Below, piece by piece: positions 62,846 through 64,000 of a stretch of 64,000 bases of DNA. The stretch comes from Marsupella aquatica (lineage: Eukaryota; Plantae; Marchantiophyta): positions 22,642,558-22,706,557 of the forward strand of contig OZ316895.1 in NCBI GenBank assembly GCA_973895155.1. The letters are read 5' to 3'. The position numbers were made by a program, and so were the translations under genes. The stretch's first letter is position 1, and every line of letters starts with the position of its first letter. The notes below the pieces were generated by a model, which was not told where the DNA came from, did not search any database, and saw only the letters and a list, made by a program, of their open reading frames with translations.

Positions 62846-64000
62846 ATGCTCTGTAGTCCCAGAGTTCACTCTCACTGGATAGCAAATTTCTAGTAATTTA
62901 AGTTTGCGCTCTATGTACAGAATGTAGGCTTTCTCTCTCTAAAATGTATCAACATTCTGTTATATACCCTCCACTGTAACTGGCCTTCTCAGTCAGGTGG
63001 GACTAGGTTGCATATGAGCACGTGAATGCCTGATTTTTCGTTTGAAAAACATTATGTCAACGTATCATCAGAGTTTACCAAGAACGGTGGAGATTTCATT
63101 CAACAACGATGTTTCTCAGTGATGATAACGACGATAAAGAACTGTTGTTTTGGATGTTTGGTAAACTCAAAACTTTTTTGCTAGCTGAGACAAGATCAAA
63201 GGATATTGCGCAACTTCGAGGAATCTAGTTGTCCTCTCTTCTGGTGCATGAGCTGACCGCTCTCTTTTACAACTTGGCTTCAAAAATAGGTTTCAAAAAC
63301 CGACTCTTGCTTGACTGTATGTAAGTGGGATCTTTGTTGGCCTCGCTCGCTCTGCTTTGTGTCAAAGGTAAGTTCATATATGGGGAATTGATGAGAGAAT
63401 GAAGATTTTTGTTGCTGACAGCTCCCGATGGTCCCCGTCAAACTTCGAAACTAGGGATTCATCATCGATGAGCTAGAAACTTTCGTGGTTAACAAATTGA
63501 GATCTATACATTGAAAAAAATTACTGAAGCAACAATGGCAGATGCAAAGACTCGGTGGCTTACATTGCTGTGAGCTGTTTAGTGGAAACCTGATTCCTAG
63601 GTGGATAGAGCCATCGTCAGGTGCTATCCGGTTGTCATAAATGACAAAGATCTTCTTGGAGATAAGGTGTTGAGTGAGGGCTTTGCAATAAAGTTCCCCA
63701 GGGACCTCATCGAACATCTTTGACCACTTACGGATATCCCTTTTGCACAATCTTGACAACAACTCGGATATCTCCTTTCCCCTACTTCCAATGCCCGTGT
63801 CAGCAACTTGCAAAGCTGATAAGTTATAAGAGGTCAAGAAATGGAGACCTTTCGATTTCTACCTGGGGTTGTTGGAGGTAAATATTCTTTTCTTATCTTT
63901 TGGGAACCAGTGTCTAAAAAGTGTCTTGTACAGTCCACTGTTCACGCGCATGAGTCTTCTTTATTATATTTGGGTGACTCAACAAAATATGGACGTTGCA

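Noticed and set aside
51151-64000. SHMT duplication as an assembly or haplotype artefact
   Set aside because: Upstream regions are unrelated, N-termini differ and 3' flanks carry many substitutions and indels. A true duplication is more likely, though long reads should confirm.

Overview
Eukaryotic land-plant genomic DNA with GT-AG introns. A non-seed plant such as a liverwort or other bryophyte is my inference from gene content, not proven. Supported genes, in order: 3' part of a 10+-exon MO25/CAB39 gene; intronless plastid fibrillin (FBN9/PAP11-like); a decayed LEUNIG-like fragment; an intron-poor LEUNIG/LUH-like co-repressor; a canonical 3-exon beta-tubulin; a 9-exon soluble GAF-like/PAS hybrid histidine kinase with a ~330-aa insert inside its ATPase domain; and two near-identical intronless mitochondrial SHMT genes in a direct duplication that starts at (GA)n tracts. 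Intergenic DNA holds several non-autonomous TIR elements (PIF/Harbinger, hAT-like, Mutator-like foldback) and minisatellites. The most unusual item is a degraded, apparently intron-containing Crypton-type (DUF3504-like) tyrosine recombinase gene on the minus strand between the two SHMT copies. All exon boundaries and alignments were read by eye; no database searches were run.
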